From: an uncultured Gammaproteobacteria bacterium
GTDB lineage: Bacteria > Pseudomonadota > Gammaproteobacteria > UBA9214
Direction of reading: 5' to 3'
Length of the DNA: 44,727 nt
NCBI GenBank assembly: GCA_963827755.1
Contig: CAWHCQ010000036.1
Coordinates: 1 to 44,727 of the forward strand
The notes beneath the pieces were generated by a model. The model did no database searches. It was not told the DNA's origin and was given only the letters and a program-made list of their open reading frames with translations. Made by a program: the position numbers and the translations under genes. Position 1 is the stretch's first letter. Each line of letters begins with the position of its first letter. Positions 8,467 through 19,689 of this stretch are shown piece by piece.

Positions 8467-8616
8467 TCCGCTTTGGAAGGATGGATCCACAGCATTCTGC
8501 CGTTGTGCATCACAGGATCCGAATACGCTCAGTTGCCACGAGTACACGCAGTAGCCACGGTTAAAATCGATCGAGGGCAACAGCGTAAGAACACGAACCC
8601 GGCCTGGCATTCATGA

Positions 8617-9120
8617 TTACCACGCCGTGGCCTCACTGATAACGCTTTCGATCAATTGCACGACTTTCTGCACGGCCGCCCCTGAGTTTTCATCAGGCAA
8701 TGTAAACGGGCGACGATAGGACAGGTAGACGTGCTTCGGGTCAGCCGTCAGCACATAGATGCTGATGGTGAACGGGCACAGCAGGATATTCTCGTAGTTC
8801 GCCTGCGCAAGCTGGTGGGAAATACTTGCACTGCAAAACTCGACGGTCTCGGCTGCAATAAAAACATTCTCGGTAATACCAAACGCCTCGCCTGTCCGGT
8901 TCAGCATATCGCTGGCCGGCAGGGTGTGGGCGATATTGATACCCTTGCCCACGATGGCTGTCTTGACGCTGTCAAGCACATCCGCGAAATCACCCTCCAC
9001 CTTGAAGGACCTGACCGGTGGATCGTCGGCACAGCCGCTTACCGGCAGTAACAGACTGATACAGGCCAGCAGGATAACCTGGTACAGCCCGGTTCGCAGA
9101 GTTTGTTTGAATTGATTCAT
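8617..9120 (-). CDS. DUF302-like exported protein
   Basis: Signal peptide, then GDFADV...VEFCSA...LCPFTISIY pattern; SD GGAGG. Confidence 0.65.
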   Translation of the reverse strand: MNQFKQTLRTGLYQVILLACISLLLPVSGCADDPPVRSFKVEGDFADVLDSVKTAIVGKGINIAHTLPASDMLNRTGEAFGITENVFIAAETVEFCSASISHQLAQANYENILLCPFTISIYVLTADPKHVYLSYRRPFTLPDENSGAAVQKVVQLIESVISEATAW

Positions 9121-9251
9121 TCCTGGCCCTCCTGACTTAGTCATGGTTGTAATAACCAAAAGACAGAAAGGTATACCGGCCAGTTGAAAACTGCAATTCA
9201 GACCGACCATTGCAAGGCCATGCGAATGATGGCAAACGGCTTGGCATTTGC

Positions 9252-9294
9252 AAAAAAAAAGCCACTCCCCGCGCAGGTCGCACGGGGAATGGCT
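9252..9294 (-). terminator. Rho-independent terminator of the HAO-family gene
   Basis: AGCCACTCCCCG...CGGGGAATGGCT stem followed by T9 on the minus strand. Confidence 0.7.
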
Positions 9295-9329
9295 GCATAC
9301 AGAAACCAGGCCAGGTTAGCCCGACTGCC

Positions 9330-10739
9330 CTATTTGGCTTTCGTACGCTGGCCAAGATACCACTTGTGGTTCTCCGAACTCAGAACCTCGTCCAGCTTGT
9401 TCTTGAGATCACGTGCAGCCTTGGCCTTCACCGGATCGGTGGAATTATGGTTCGCCTCGATCAGGTGCTCCAGCTCCGGCACCATCTTGGTGTAGAAGTG
9501 CTTGGCGAGATCATAGGTACCATGCCAGTGCGTGTAATCCGGGGCCTGCATGGAAGCGGCCATGCGGGCACGGCGCCCCTCGTGATGCCAGAGCTCGAAC
9601 CAGGTCCACTCGACCTTGTTGCTGAACTTGGCCGGCTTCAGCAGGGGTTTGGCCGCGGCCATGAGTGCCTTGCCGGGCTTGGCGAACTTCTCGTTATAGA
9701 GTTCGATCAGCGCATCGTACTGGATGTAGAACTGTTCGGTATGATTCTCGCTGTGACAGGCATTACATACGTCAACCATCTTATCACGCCGCTCGTCCCA
9801 CTTGAGGTTGGCGCTGGCGAGCCCCATCTTGGCATCCATGACCTCGGGACGTACGGATACAGGCGGACGATTGGTCCAGCTGATGCGGTCACCGACGTTA
9901 TGACTGGACGGCTGGTTCCTGGTGGCACCCATGTGACAGGTGGCACAGGTGGGCGCCGCCGTGTAATCCACGCCAACGATCCACTTGGCACTGTCCATGT
10001 TCAATTCGTCCTTGTAGGCCTTGAAGGCAATGCCATGCTTGGATTCCTCGTAGATCTCTTTTTGCGGGTGATCGGGTCCGAGGTGACACTTGCCGCAGTT
10101 ATCCGGCTCACGGGCCAGTGCCGTCGAGAAGGCATGGCGGGAGTGACAGGCCGTGCAGCTGCCCTCTGAACCGTCGGGATTGATACGTCCGACACCGGTA
10201 TTCGGGTAGGTTGCCGGGTCCAGCCGGCCGTCTTTCAATACCTTTACCTTGGAACCGTGGCATTGCCAGCAACCGTTGACTGCTGCGGCAGAGTTTCCGC
10301 CAGGGAATCCTTCCGTGACCATTCCACGGTTACCCTCGACCACCTCGGCAAGCAGGTTATCCAGTGAATCAAGGATATGTCCGGCCTTGGCATGCCGGGA
10401 GCTGGTCATCTCTTTGGCGGCCTTCTCATGGCAATTGCCACAATCCTTGGGCGTCACCAGGATGGATATCAGCTTCTTGACCTTTTTATCGTCGTGGATG
10501 TAGGCATCGACATCACCCTTGTCGGCCGCGTGGCATTCGTAACAGCCGACATTGGCGCCATAATGCTTGCTCTTGCCCCATTCCTGGGTGATGCCGGGAT
10601 TGAGCTTTGCATGGCACTTAACACATTCCCTGGTCTCTTTGGAAATCTCGCCCGGCGCCGATTTGACCGATGCAATCCCCGCACTCTGCATGCCAAACAG
10701 GACCAAACCCGCAATCCAGAACCACCACTGTCTAGTCAT
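9330..10739 (-). CDS. Octaheme HAO-family cytochrome c, probably reductive type
   Basis: 8 CxxCH (CVKCH, CYECH, CGNCH, CWQCH, CTACH, CGKCH, CATCH, CNACH); GPDHPQKEIYEESKHG; APDYTHWHG; signal peptide. Confidence 0.88.
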   Translation of the reverse strand: MTRQWWFWIAGLVLFGMQSAGIASVKSAPGEISKETRECVKCHAKLNPGITQEWGKSKHYGANVGCYECHAADKGDVDAYIHDDKKVKKLISILVTPKDCGNCHEKAAKEMTSSRHAKAGHILDSLDNLLAEVVEGNRGMVTEGFPGGNSAAAVNGCWQCHGSKVKVLKDGRLDPATYPNTGVGRINPDGSEGSCTACHSRHAFSTALAREPDNCGKCHLGPDHPQKEIYEESKHGIAFKAYKDELNMDSAKWIVGVDYTAAPTCATCHMGATRNQPSSHNVGDRISWTNRPPVSVRPEVMDAKMGLASANLKWDERRDKMVDVCNACHSENHTEQFYIQYDALIELYNEKFAKPGKALMAAAKPLLKPAKFSNKVEWTWFELWHHEGRRARMAASMQAPDYTHWHGTYDLAKHFYTKMVPELEHLIEANHNSTDPVKAKAARDLKNKLDEVLSSENHKWYLGQRTKAK

Positions 10740-10800
10740 AACCCCCCCTTGTAAGTACTTGCTGATCGAAACCAGGAAACTTCAAGTTATTTCTTATTTT

Positions 10801-10860
10801 CTTATACAAAAGCTGCATCAACACACAACTCTTGTACAAAAGTTGTACCAACACATAACT
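10801..10860. repeat. Tandem 2 x 30 bp repeat upstream of the HAO-family gene
   Basis: cttatacaaaagctgcatcaacacacaact / cttgtacaaaagttgtaccaacacataact (25/30 identical). Confidence 0.8.
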
Positions 10861-11259
10861 ACTACCCATAACTACTAATGTAGACGGTCGCGACAGCAAT
10901 GCAAGATGATAATGCTGGCAGTAAAACACTGAAAAAAATTATCGCCAGCGTGAGATATTCTGCTGCCGCAGCACCTGACTTCGAGACCGGACAGAACCTT
11001 GTGACAATCGTTTGCCAGGCGTGTGAAATTCAGTTTTTAAGACTTTGACTTGCTGATGATTAAATACTAAAGTCGGTACTCAAAATATTAAATAATCCGG
11101 CTGCAAAAAAACCGGGACGAGTGATGGTCATGCATACATCACCATGACAAGAAGCGGTAACGAACTTATGCGCGGGGGCAGGAAATCACACTTCTGTTTC
11201 CCGATGCCGAGACTGCAGTACGGCTGTTGATAAATCGACATAAACAGAGGAGACGCTCC

Positions 11260-11838
11260 ATGCCTTCAAGAAAAATACTATCCATACTCCTGGGGTCCGG
11301 CTTGCTGCTGGGGTCAGCCCATGTTGCGGCCGCCCCGACCGGCACCATGCTGGCCGATACCTGTGCCGGATGTCATGGCACCGATGGTGCAAGCACTGGT
11401 CCGGCGATACCGAGCATTGCCGGTCTGTCGGAAACCTACATGGTAGACACCATGAAGGCTTTCAAGAGCGGTGATCGTCACAGTACGGTGATGGGGCGCA
11501 TTGCCAAGGGCTACAGTGACGAGGAATTTGCACTGATGGCCGCCGTGTTCGCCAAACAACCGATTGCGACCACCAGTCAGAAGACCGATTCGGCCAAGGT
11601 CGCGGCCGGTCTGAAATTGCATGAGAAGAACTGCGCCAAATGCCACGACGAGAACGGCGGCCTCCCGGACGACGATGCCGGCATCCTGGCCAGCCAGTGG
11701 GCGCCCTACCTGAAGTATTCCCTGATGGATACCAAGGCGGGTACCCGGGAGATGCCCAAGAAGATGATGAAGAAGGTCAAGGGGCTCAGCGATGCCGACA
11801 TCGATGCCCTGGTGCATTTCTACGCAAGTCAACAATAA
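11260..11838 (+). CDS. fccA: Flavocytochrome c sulfide dehydrogenase, diheme cytochrome subunit
   Basis: Signal peptide; CAGCH and CAKCH; STVMGRIAKGYSD; directly upstream of fccB. Confidence 0.9.
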   Translation: MPSRKILSILLGSGLLLGSAHVAAAPTGTMLADTCAGCHGTDGASTGPAIPSIAGLSETYMVDTMKAFKSGDRHSTVMGRIAKGYSDEEFALMAAVFAKQPIATTSQKTDSAKVAAGLKLHEKNCAKCHDENGGLPDDDAGILASQWAPYLKYSLMDTKAGTREMPKKMMKKVKGLSDADIDALVHFYASQQ

Positions 11839-11854
11839 GGGGAGACACTGAATC

Positions 11855-13132
11855 ATGAAGAACATTAACCGCAGAAATTTCATCAAGGCCGCAAGTGCAG
11901 CTGCTGCTGTCAGCGCCGTCGGTTTCCCCGTGATTGCCGCAGCCGGCGGGCATAAAAAAGTGGTCATCGTCGGTGGCGGTACAGCGGGCGCCACGGCCGC
12001 AAAATATATTCGCCGCGCCGACTCGTCAGTCGATGTCACGCTGATCGAGCCGAACAAGCACTATTACACCTGCTATCTCAGCAACGAGGTGCTCGGCGGC
12101 GACCGCAAGCTGGAGTCCCTTAAATTTGGCTATGACGGCCTGCGCAAGCACGGTGTCACGGTGGTCCACGATACGGTCACTGCCATCGATGCCCGGGGAC
12201 ACAAGGTCAAAACCAGCGGCGGCAAAAGCTTCAGCTATGACCGCTGCATTGTCGCGCCTGGTATCGCTTTCCGTGACAACATCGAAGGCTACGATGCCGC
12301 TGCCATGGAGCGATTCCCGCATGCCTGGAAGGCCGGTGCGCAGACTGGACTGCTGCGCAAGCAACTGGAAGGTATGAAGGATGGCGGTACCGTTGTAATC
12401 GCCCCGCCACCGAACCCGTTCCGCTGCCCGCCCGGGCCCTATGAGCGCGCCTGCCAGATTGCGTATTACCTGAAAAACCACAAGCCGAAATCAAAGATCC
12501 TGATCCTGGACAAGAAGGACAAATTCTCCAAACAGGGGCTCTTTACCCAGGCCTGGGAACGTCACTACCCCGGCATGATCGAATGGCGCAAGGCTGCTGA
12601 CACCGGCGGCGGGGTCATGCGCGTCAATGCCAGGGCCGGTACCGTGTCTACCGATTTCGAGGAACTGAAACCGGACGTGGCCAATATCATCCCGGCGCAG
12701 AAGGCCGGTAACATTGCCGAGACAGCGGGCCTCACCAATGATACGGGCTGGTGCCCGGTCAGCGGCAAGACTTTCGAGTCCACCATACACAAGGACATCC
12801 ATGTCGTTGGCGATGCCGCCATCCAGTCACCGTTACCGAAGTCGGGCTATGCGGCGAACTCGGAAGCCAAGGTGGTTGCCGCTGCGGTGGTCGAACTGCT
12901 AAATGGTCGCGAAGCGCCTGCACCCTCCTGGGTCAATACCTGCTACAGCATCGTAGCCCCGGAGGACGGCGTCTCGGTGGCCATGGTTTACAACCTGGTT
13001 GACGGCAAGGTCGCCAAGGTCAAGGGATCCGGCGGATTGACACCGATGGACAGCTCGCCGGAAGATCGTGCGCGTGAGGTCCTGTATGCCCACAGCTGGT
13101 TTAACAATATCACCCACGATATCTTTGGCTGA
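11855..13132 (+). CDS. fccB: Flavocytochrome c sulfide dehydrogenase, flavoprotein subunit
   Basis: Tat motif NRRNFIK; GGGTAG; YYTCYLSN; [10 protein letters not shown]; PKSGYAAN; NTCYS. Confidence 0.93.
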   Translation: MKNINRRNFIKAASAAAAVSAVGFPVIAAAGGHKKVVIVGGGTAGATAAKYIRRADSSVDVTLIEPNKHYYTCYLSNEVLGGDRKLESLKFGYDGLRKHGVTVVHDTVTAIDARGHKVKTSGGKSFSYDRCIVAPGIAFRDNIEGYDAAAMERFPHAWKAGAQTGLLRKQLEGMKDGGTVVIAPPPNPFRCPPGPYERACQIAYYLKNHKPKSKILILDKKDKFSKQGLFTQAWERHYPGMIEWRKAADTGGGVMRVNARAGTVSTDFEELKPDVANIIPAQKAGNIAETAGLTNDTGWCPVSGKTFESTIHKDIHVVGDAAIQSPLPKSGYAANSEAKVVAAAVVELLNGREAPAPSWVNTCYSIVAPEDGVSVAMVYNLVDGKVAKVKGSGGLTPMDSSPEDRAREVLYAHSWFNNITHDIFG

Positions 13133-13159
13133 GGCCACAGGTCATCACCGGCAACACTG

Positions 13160-13186
13160 GACCCGCCAACTGGCGGGTCTTTTTTT
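13160..13186 (+). terminator. Rho-independent terminator after fccB
   Basis: GACCCGCC-aact-GGCGGGTC followed by T7. Confidence 0.85.
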
Positions 13187-13225
13187 GTCAACGGCATGGC
13201 GCGCCCGGCGTGTCGGTGTGATCGT

Positions 13226-15701
13226 TTATTTCAGCCGCAGGGCATTCAGGACGACCAGCAACGAGCTTAATGACATACCGATGGCCGCACCCCAGGGCGG
13301 GATCCAGCCGGCCGCGGCAAACGGCACGGCACACAAGTTGTAGATTCCCGCCCAGGCAAAATTCTGCATGATATTGCGGCGAGTCTGGCGGGCAAGTCGC
13401 CGCGCCTCCACCAGCGCGCCGGCATCATCACCCAGCACCAGGAAGTCACTGCTGGCGTTGGCCAGGTCGGTCGCCTCGGCAAAAGAAATCGATATATCGG
13501 CAGCGGCCAGTGTCGGGGCATCGTTGATGCCGTCACCGAACATGGCCAGCTGACGTCCCTGCTCCTGCTGTGCCCGCGTCCAGGCCAGCTTGTCCGCGGG
13601 CGACTGGCCGCCAATGGCATTCTTGATGCCCAGTTGCCTCGCCAGTCGCTGCACACTGTCGGGCGCATCACCGCTGAGTAACACGATATCGCGCACGCCG
13701 CTGTGCTGCAGACCGGCCAGCATGCGCTCCACGCCAGGCCGCAGCGGATCATCGAAGGACAGTACGGCCTGCACGCCTGCATCGTTGGCCAGCACCGAAA
13801 TCAGCTGACCGCGGGCGCGAGCCTCTGTAATCAGCTTGCGGGCAGCATCGTCAAAGGCACTGGCATCGGCGGCAAACTCCGGTTTTCCAAGGCGCCATTC
13901 CCGACCCGCAATGTCGGCCAGTATCCCGTCGCCCGGCACGTTCTGCACTGCGGCGGTGACAAGCCCGGGTGTCGGTACGCGATCGCGCAGCGCATGGGCC
14001 ACCGGGTGGGCCGATTCGGCCGCAAGGGCGGCGGCGTGACGCAGGCAGGTATCTGCATCCAGGTCCGCGGTGGGCCACACCCCGGCTACAGCCGGCTGTC
14101 CGCGGGTGAGCGTACCGGTCTTGTCGAAGACAAACAGATCCGCGCGCGCCAGGGCATCCAGGGCACGCATGCGCAGCGGCAGGACGCCCAGGTCGATGAA
14201 TCGCCCGGCACTCACCGCCAGCGCCACGGGTGTTGCCAGCGCCAGTGCACAGGGACAGGTTACGATCAGCACGGCAATCGTACTCGACAGCCAGTTGGAC
14301 GGCTCCACCTGCCACCAGTAAAGCGCCGTGGCCGTGGCAATCAGCAGCAGTACGACCACAAACCCGCTGGCCACCCGCTCGGCCAGAATGGCATAGCGCG
14401 GCCGCAGCTCCAGGCCACGTTCCACCAGCTGGCGGATTTCACTGATCGCGGACTGTTGCACTGCATGGGTTACACTGACGGTGACCGGCTGGTCGCCGTT
14501 GACCGAGCCCGCAATTACGGCATCGCCCGGCTGATGCAGCACCGGGTGCGCTTCACCGGTCAGCAGCGATTCATTGAAGCTGCTGATACCATCAACAAGG
14601 ATGCCATCGACCGGCAGGGTTGCACCGGGTAACAGCCGGATGCGGTCCCCGGCCACCAGTTCGTCGACCGGTACCTCGTTCAGGTTGCCGTCACTGTCCA
14701 GCCGCGATGCCGTGCCCGGTGTAACCCGCGCGAGCCGCTCGAGCCGGTCGGCCGCACTCAGCTTGCCGCGCAGCTCATAGCGCCGCGCCAGCAACAGAAA
14801 GAAGATGAACATGGCGATGGAGTCGAAATAGACCTCGCCCCGCCCCGTGACCGTGGCATGCAGGCTGCCGAGAAACGCGGCCGACAGGCCCAGCACCACG
14901 GGCACATCCATACCGGGACGACGCCGGCGGAGATCACTCCACGCGCCGGCAAAAAACTCCTGGCCGGGATAGGCCAGCAGCATTATTGCCAGCAATACAC
15001 TGGTCCAGCGTCCGACAACAATCCACAGCGGCAACTCCCCGGCCGGGCCGGTTTCACCCATGAGATAGGTGGTCAGGGAAAAATTCATCACCAGCATGCC
15101 GACGAGTCCGGCAAACAGCAGCCGTTCGGTGCTGCGCCGGCGCCGCAGCCGGTTCAGCTGTTCGCTGCGTGAGGCATCGTAGGGGTGGGCGATATAGCCG
15201 ATAGCGGTGATGGCACGCAGGATCTCGCTGAGGCGAATGGCATGCGGGTCCCAGCGCACACGGGCCCGCTGCGTGGTGTCATCGATATGTACATCAAGCA
15301 CGCCGGGCAGGCTGCGCAGGTGCTTTTCATTCAGCCACAGGCAGGCCGGGCAACGGATATTGTCGAGCAGCAGTGCCGCCTCCCGACTGTCACCGACGCA
15401 CGTGACGAAGTCCTGCTGGATTTCCGGCCGGTCGAACAGTTCAACCTGGTCGAGGAAGTCGGGTACAAACTGGCGGCTGGCGGAGACGGCCGGGTCGGTG
15501 CGATGGCGGTAGTAATCGTCCAGCCCGGAATCGACGATGGCCTTGCACACGGCATGACAACCATGACAGCAGAATTCACGGCCACTGGCCAAACACCTCG
15601 AGGCGCGGCGATACAAAATTGACCGGCACCGGCAGACCGCAATGAAAACACCGGGCGCCTGCGGCGTCGGGCGGTTCGCTCTGAAAGCTGTGCAGCGGCA
15701 T
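13226..15701 (-). CDS. P1B-type ATPase, CcoI/FixI-like (frameshift near 15585)
   Basis: CFHCGLP in one frame joins FCCHGCHAVC in another; CPACLW, TCPCALALATP, DKTGTLT, GDGINDAP. Start is approximate. Confidence 0.85.
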
Positions 15702-15801
15702 CCGTGGACATGCTTCAGGATAACAGGAAAAGACGAGGCACCCGGTCCGACGGTGGTGCACAGCTCGGGGAAACCCGCAGGAGTGTGACGGATGCGCGCC
15801 G

Positions 15802-16473
15802 TTATTCTTCCGGCAGTGCCGCACTGTAATAGGCAGCCAGCGCCTCGATCTCCTCCTCTGTCAGTACCTCGGCAACCGTGCGCATGCGCCCATAGATATC
15901 GTTGGCCCGGTCACCTTCCTTGAACTCCGTCAGGGTGGTGATGAAATACTCCGGGTACTGACCGGTCAGGGGTGGACTGTCAAACTGCCCGCCCTGGCCA
16001 CGCTGGCCATGACAGGAGGCACAGGACTTGAGCAACCGGGTCGGGTCACCACGAAACACCAGCTCCAGCACGGCGGGATCCCCGGCCTGACCCGTGGCCT
16101 GCGGTGCAGGCTCCAGGGTGGCATACCAGGCGGACAGGTCTGCCATCTGCTGATCATCGAGATCACGCACCTGCTTCTTCATATCCCGGTTATCGCGCTG
16201 CCCGCCCCGGTAATCCTTGAGTTGCTTGTAGAGATAACTTGCCCTTATCCCGGCTATGTTGGTGTCCAGGGAATCATTCGAAACACCGGCATCACCATGG
16301 CACTTGCTGCACTTCTTTTCCTTCGCCAGCGCTTCGCCCCGCGCCGGGTCCGCATCACGCAGCAGCCGGATGGTCGGCACATCAAACGCAACTTCCGATG
16401 AGGGTTCGGCCGATGCCGTCGCCAGCGGCAACACCATTGCGGTCAATACAGCCGCTATACGCATCATGATCAT
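15802..16473 (-). CDS. Diheme cytochrome c4-like
   Basis: Signal peptide; CSKCH and CASCH; ATG overlaps the stop of oxidase subunit I (ATGA). Confidence 0.85.
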   Translation of the reverse strand: MIMMRIAAVLTAMVLPLATASAEPSSEVAFDVPTIRLLRDADPARGEALAKEKKCSKCHGDAGVSNDSLDTNIAGIRASYLYKQLKDYRGGQRDNRDMKKQVRDLDDQQMADLSAWYATLEPAPQATGQAGDPAVLELVFRGDPTRLLKSCASCHGQRGQGGQFDSPPLTGQYPEYFITTLTEFKEGDRANDIYGRMRTVAEVLTEEEIEALAAYYSAALPEE

Positions 16474-18141
16474 ATGCTCCATGGTACCGCTCCGTAAGTC
16501 TCCATCAGGAAGAACTGGGCAATCGGGTAGCCGTAGCTGGCCACCATGTAAACAACTACCAGCAACACCCAGAAACCGAAGCTGTTCATCAGGTGCGGCA
16601 TGCGCTGTATAGAATGCAGCGGCTCGGCATACTCCACCTCGAGCCTGGTTTCTGCCTGCGCATTGCCATGGGTCTTCACCAGGTTATAGATCAGCATCAC
16701 TGCCGACAGGAACAGGATAGCCCCGCCGACGATCATGGCGAATTCGGCCGGCAGCCAGGCCTGCACGAGGGACTCGTCATAGGGCGTGGACGAGATACGC
16801 CGCGGCTGGCCGGCCAGACCGAGCTGGTGCCAGGGCAGTGTCAGGATCAGCATGCCGATAAACCACAGCCAGAGTTGCCTGATCGCCATGCCGGTGGAAT
16901 ACAGCTGCCGGCCGGTCAGCTTCGGCCACAGGTAATAGGCAATGGCGAAGTACATGATCACCGTGGTGCCTGCAAATATCAGGTGAAAATGGCCGGTGAC
17001 CCACTGGGTGTTATGCACCATGGTATTCATGGAATAACTGGCATTGATCATGCCGCCAAATCCACCGAAGGTGAGCATCAGCATCGCCAGTATGGCGGCG
17101 AGCACCATGGGATTCCCCCAGGGCAGTGCAGCTGATCCAGCCAAGCAGCCCCTTGCCGCCGCGCAAGCGCCCGGCGATTTCCAGCGAGGCGATGATGGTG
17201 AAACCGGTAATCAGGGTCGGGACCGCCACCATGAAGGTGCCCGTCATGTGCAGAAACTTCCAGCCGTCTGCCTGGAACGGATCCATGTACAGGTGATGGA
17301 AGCCGATTGGCACCGAAAAAACCAGCAGCATGATAAAGGCGAGCCGGCCCATCTGGTCGCTGAACAGCCGGCCACCGGCCGCCTTCGGCAGCAGGGTGTA
17401 GAGTGCGATATAGGCCGGAAACAGCCAGAAATACACAATGGCGTGCAGCGTCCAGGAAAACAGCGTCCTTGCCAGTCCGACATCGACGGTTTCGATGATA
17501 CCCAGTGACCAGGGGATCAGCTGAAACAGCATTTCCGAGGCAACACCGAGGCTGGTAATAAACCAGAGGATGGCGTTCGCCGTGGTGCCGTACATCGCCA
17601 GCGGCACGGTCTCACCCGGGTGCGCCTTCTTCCAGATGGAGAACATCATGACCATCTCCAGACACCACACCCAGGAACCCACCACCAGCAGGGTCGCGCC
17701 GATATAGAACGCCGGGTGTGCCATCAACGGCGGGTAGAAGGTGTACAGCACCGAGGCATTGCCCGTCAGCAGGGGTCCTGCAGCCAGGAGCACACCAACC
17801 AGCGCCAGCCAGAAACCGAACCAGGCGAGCGGCTTGTTCCACAACTCCTGCTTGAGGCTGGTCGTCGCCGTGTAATAGCCATACCCCATCACCAGAAAGG
17901 TGGTCAGCACGAACCCCATCAGCACCCCGTGCGTCGACACCGAGCCGAAATACAACGCCGGTGATTTCAGTGCCGGGATCAGGTCGATCCTTACGATGAC
18001 CTGGTAAAAACCCAGCAGGGCAGCCACGACAAAGGCAATAAACCCGACCCACATGCTTGCCAGACTTATACCGGCAGCATCTCCGCTAGCGACCGATTAT
18101 GCTGGCGAACCGGCAGCATTCATGCGGCACTGATGATTCAT
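16470..18141 (-). CDS. B-family (ba3-type) heme-copper oxidase subunit I (frameshifts near 17130 and in the N-terminus)
   Basis: STHGVLM, FSWTLHAIVYFWLFPAY, GFHHLY, WVTGHFHLIF across ORFs 17011-18054 and 16470-17144. Confidence 0.85.
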
Positions 18142-18657
18142 GATGTTTCTCCCCCGGCGGACTTTTCAGTCACGACCAGGCGCGACCACATGGCGTCATG
18201 TCCAAGCCCGCAGTATTCGTTACACAGCAGCGAAAACTCCCCGGCCCGCGGGAATGTGGTCGTCACTTCGGAGATGTAGCCCGGTACAACCATGGTCGTC
18301 ATGTTGGTGCTCGGGACATGTACACCGTGCAGGACATCCGCACTGGCGATACGAAACGTGACCCGGGTATCGATCGGCACCTCGACACGCTGGGGATAGA
18401 AGCCGTAGCGGGCCGCCACCAGGGTCACGGTCAGGCTGCCGTCGTGCGTTGGTCTTGACCCCGAGATTATCCTCGGCGAATTCATCGGACAGGTGCAGGC
18501 GCGTGGAATCGATGGTCTCGACATTGCTTGGCGGATGAATGTTATTGGCAAGGGCATAGAAACCCAGCAACCCGCCCATCAGGAAGGCCAGGACAAGGGA
18601 CAACCATATCCATTTCCGCTCCAGCGGGTCTTCACAAATTGCTCGTAGAGGATCCAT
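18138..18657 (-). CDS. B-family oxidase subunit II with CuA (frameshift near 18450)
   Basis: One N-terminal TM helix; DVLHGVH and CNEYCGLGHDAM CuA motif. Confidence 0.85.
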
Positions 18658-18675
18658 GCATGGTATCGCCCTCCC

Positions 18676-18828
18676 CTAGTTGACCGGTCCGTGTTCAAGA
18701 AACATGTAGAAAAACATGAAGCCCCAGCCGGCAAGCATCAGGGCGGCAAAAACCAGCAACAGGGCAAAGGTCCCGACCGGCTTGCCATCGAGAATCTTCT
18801 GTTCCTCTTCAGGTGAGAGTTGACTCAT
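18676..18828 (-). CDS. B-family oxidase subunit IIa (single TM)
   Basis: 50 aa, PVGTFALL...WGFMFFYMF; SD GGAGG; lies directly upstream of subunit II. Confidence 0.7.
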   Translation of the reverse strand: MSQLSPEEEQKILDGKPVGTFALLLVFAALMLAGWGFMFFYMFLEHGPVN

Positions 18829-19140
18829 GTTTTCCTCCGTTATTTTTGCCGGGACAGGCAACAGCTACGACATTCGTCCCGGTATCCCCGCGGTTATTTT
18901 CAACTGATAATCGCCAATTACGCTGTAACATTCAAGTGAAAGGCGTTAGCATTTTGCCTGCCGGGGAAAAAACCGACACACACTTACCCGTCAGCATCGG
19001 GTATTTAATAACAGGCCCTTCAGAGAAAAAAATCATGGCAGATAATCCGGAGCAGAGAACCGGCAACCTGGGCCATGCGCCTGCCGGGATATCGCAGCAG
19101 AGACACCGGCTAACCCGCTGGACAACACCTTCCGGTAATT

Positions 19141-19653
19141 ATGGATAGTGGACGCAGGGCCTTTCTGCGCGGCGCATTACTGACCCGCGCCGGCCGCACA
19201 AAAGAGGCCGTGCGGCAACGGCCGCTCGGCCCGCCCCCGCCCTGGCACCAGGGCCTGGCGCTGATGGAGCAATGCCCGGATTGCACCCATCCCTGTGTCA
19301 GTGCCTGCGAAACGGACATCATTCGCCTGCACCCGGCCGACCATGAACTGGCCGGCATCCCCTATCTGGATTTCAGCCACAGCGGCTGCACCTTCTGCCA
19401 GGCCTGCGTCGAGGCCTGCCCCATGGAACTGGATGTTGCCGCAGATGACCGGCCGGTGATCGGCACGGCGGAACTGAACCAGGCTACCTGCATTGCCTGG
19501 GATGACGTGATCTGCATGAGTTGCCACGATCGCTGTGCTTACCAGGCCATCACGACCGTTCACCAGCGCCGCGCACGGGTCAACATGGAGGCCTGCACCG
19601 GCTGTGGCATGTGCGTGTCGGCCTGTCCGGTGGATGCCCTGAGAATTATTTAG
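19141..19653 (+). CDS. napF: NapF-like polyferredoxin
   Basis: N-terminal RRAFLRG...PPPW; four Cys clusters including CTFCQACVEACP and CTGCGMCVSACP. Confidence 0.7.
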   Translation: MDSGRRAFLRGALLTRAGRTKEAVRQRPLGPPPPWHQGLALMEQCPDCTHPCVSACETDIIRLHPADHELAGIPYLDFSHSGCTFCQACVEACPMELDVAADDRPVIGTAELNQATCIAWDDVICMSCHDRCAYQAITTVHQRRARVNMEACTGCGMCVSACPVDALRII

Positions 19654-19689
19654 CCTGGCTGTTGCAATTGAAATGCACCCGGCCACACC

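Noticed and set aside
9330-10739. Evidence for ammonia oxidation or anammox
   Set aside because: The cross-linking Tyr appears absent, and there is no haoB/cycAB or hzs context.
11227-11240. FNR box upstream of fccA
   Set aside because: Only the TTGAT half-site is present; the second half (CGACA) does not match ATCAA.
16470-18141. Nitric oxide reductase call for the heme-copper enzyme
   Set aside because: The cross-link Tyr is retained (HAIVY), and the CuA subunit II plus IIa layout fits a B-family O2 reductase.
19141-19653. Periplasmic nitrate reductase operon
   Set aside because: Only a NapF-like gene is present; there is no napA, B, C or D in the window.
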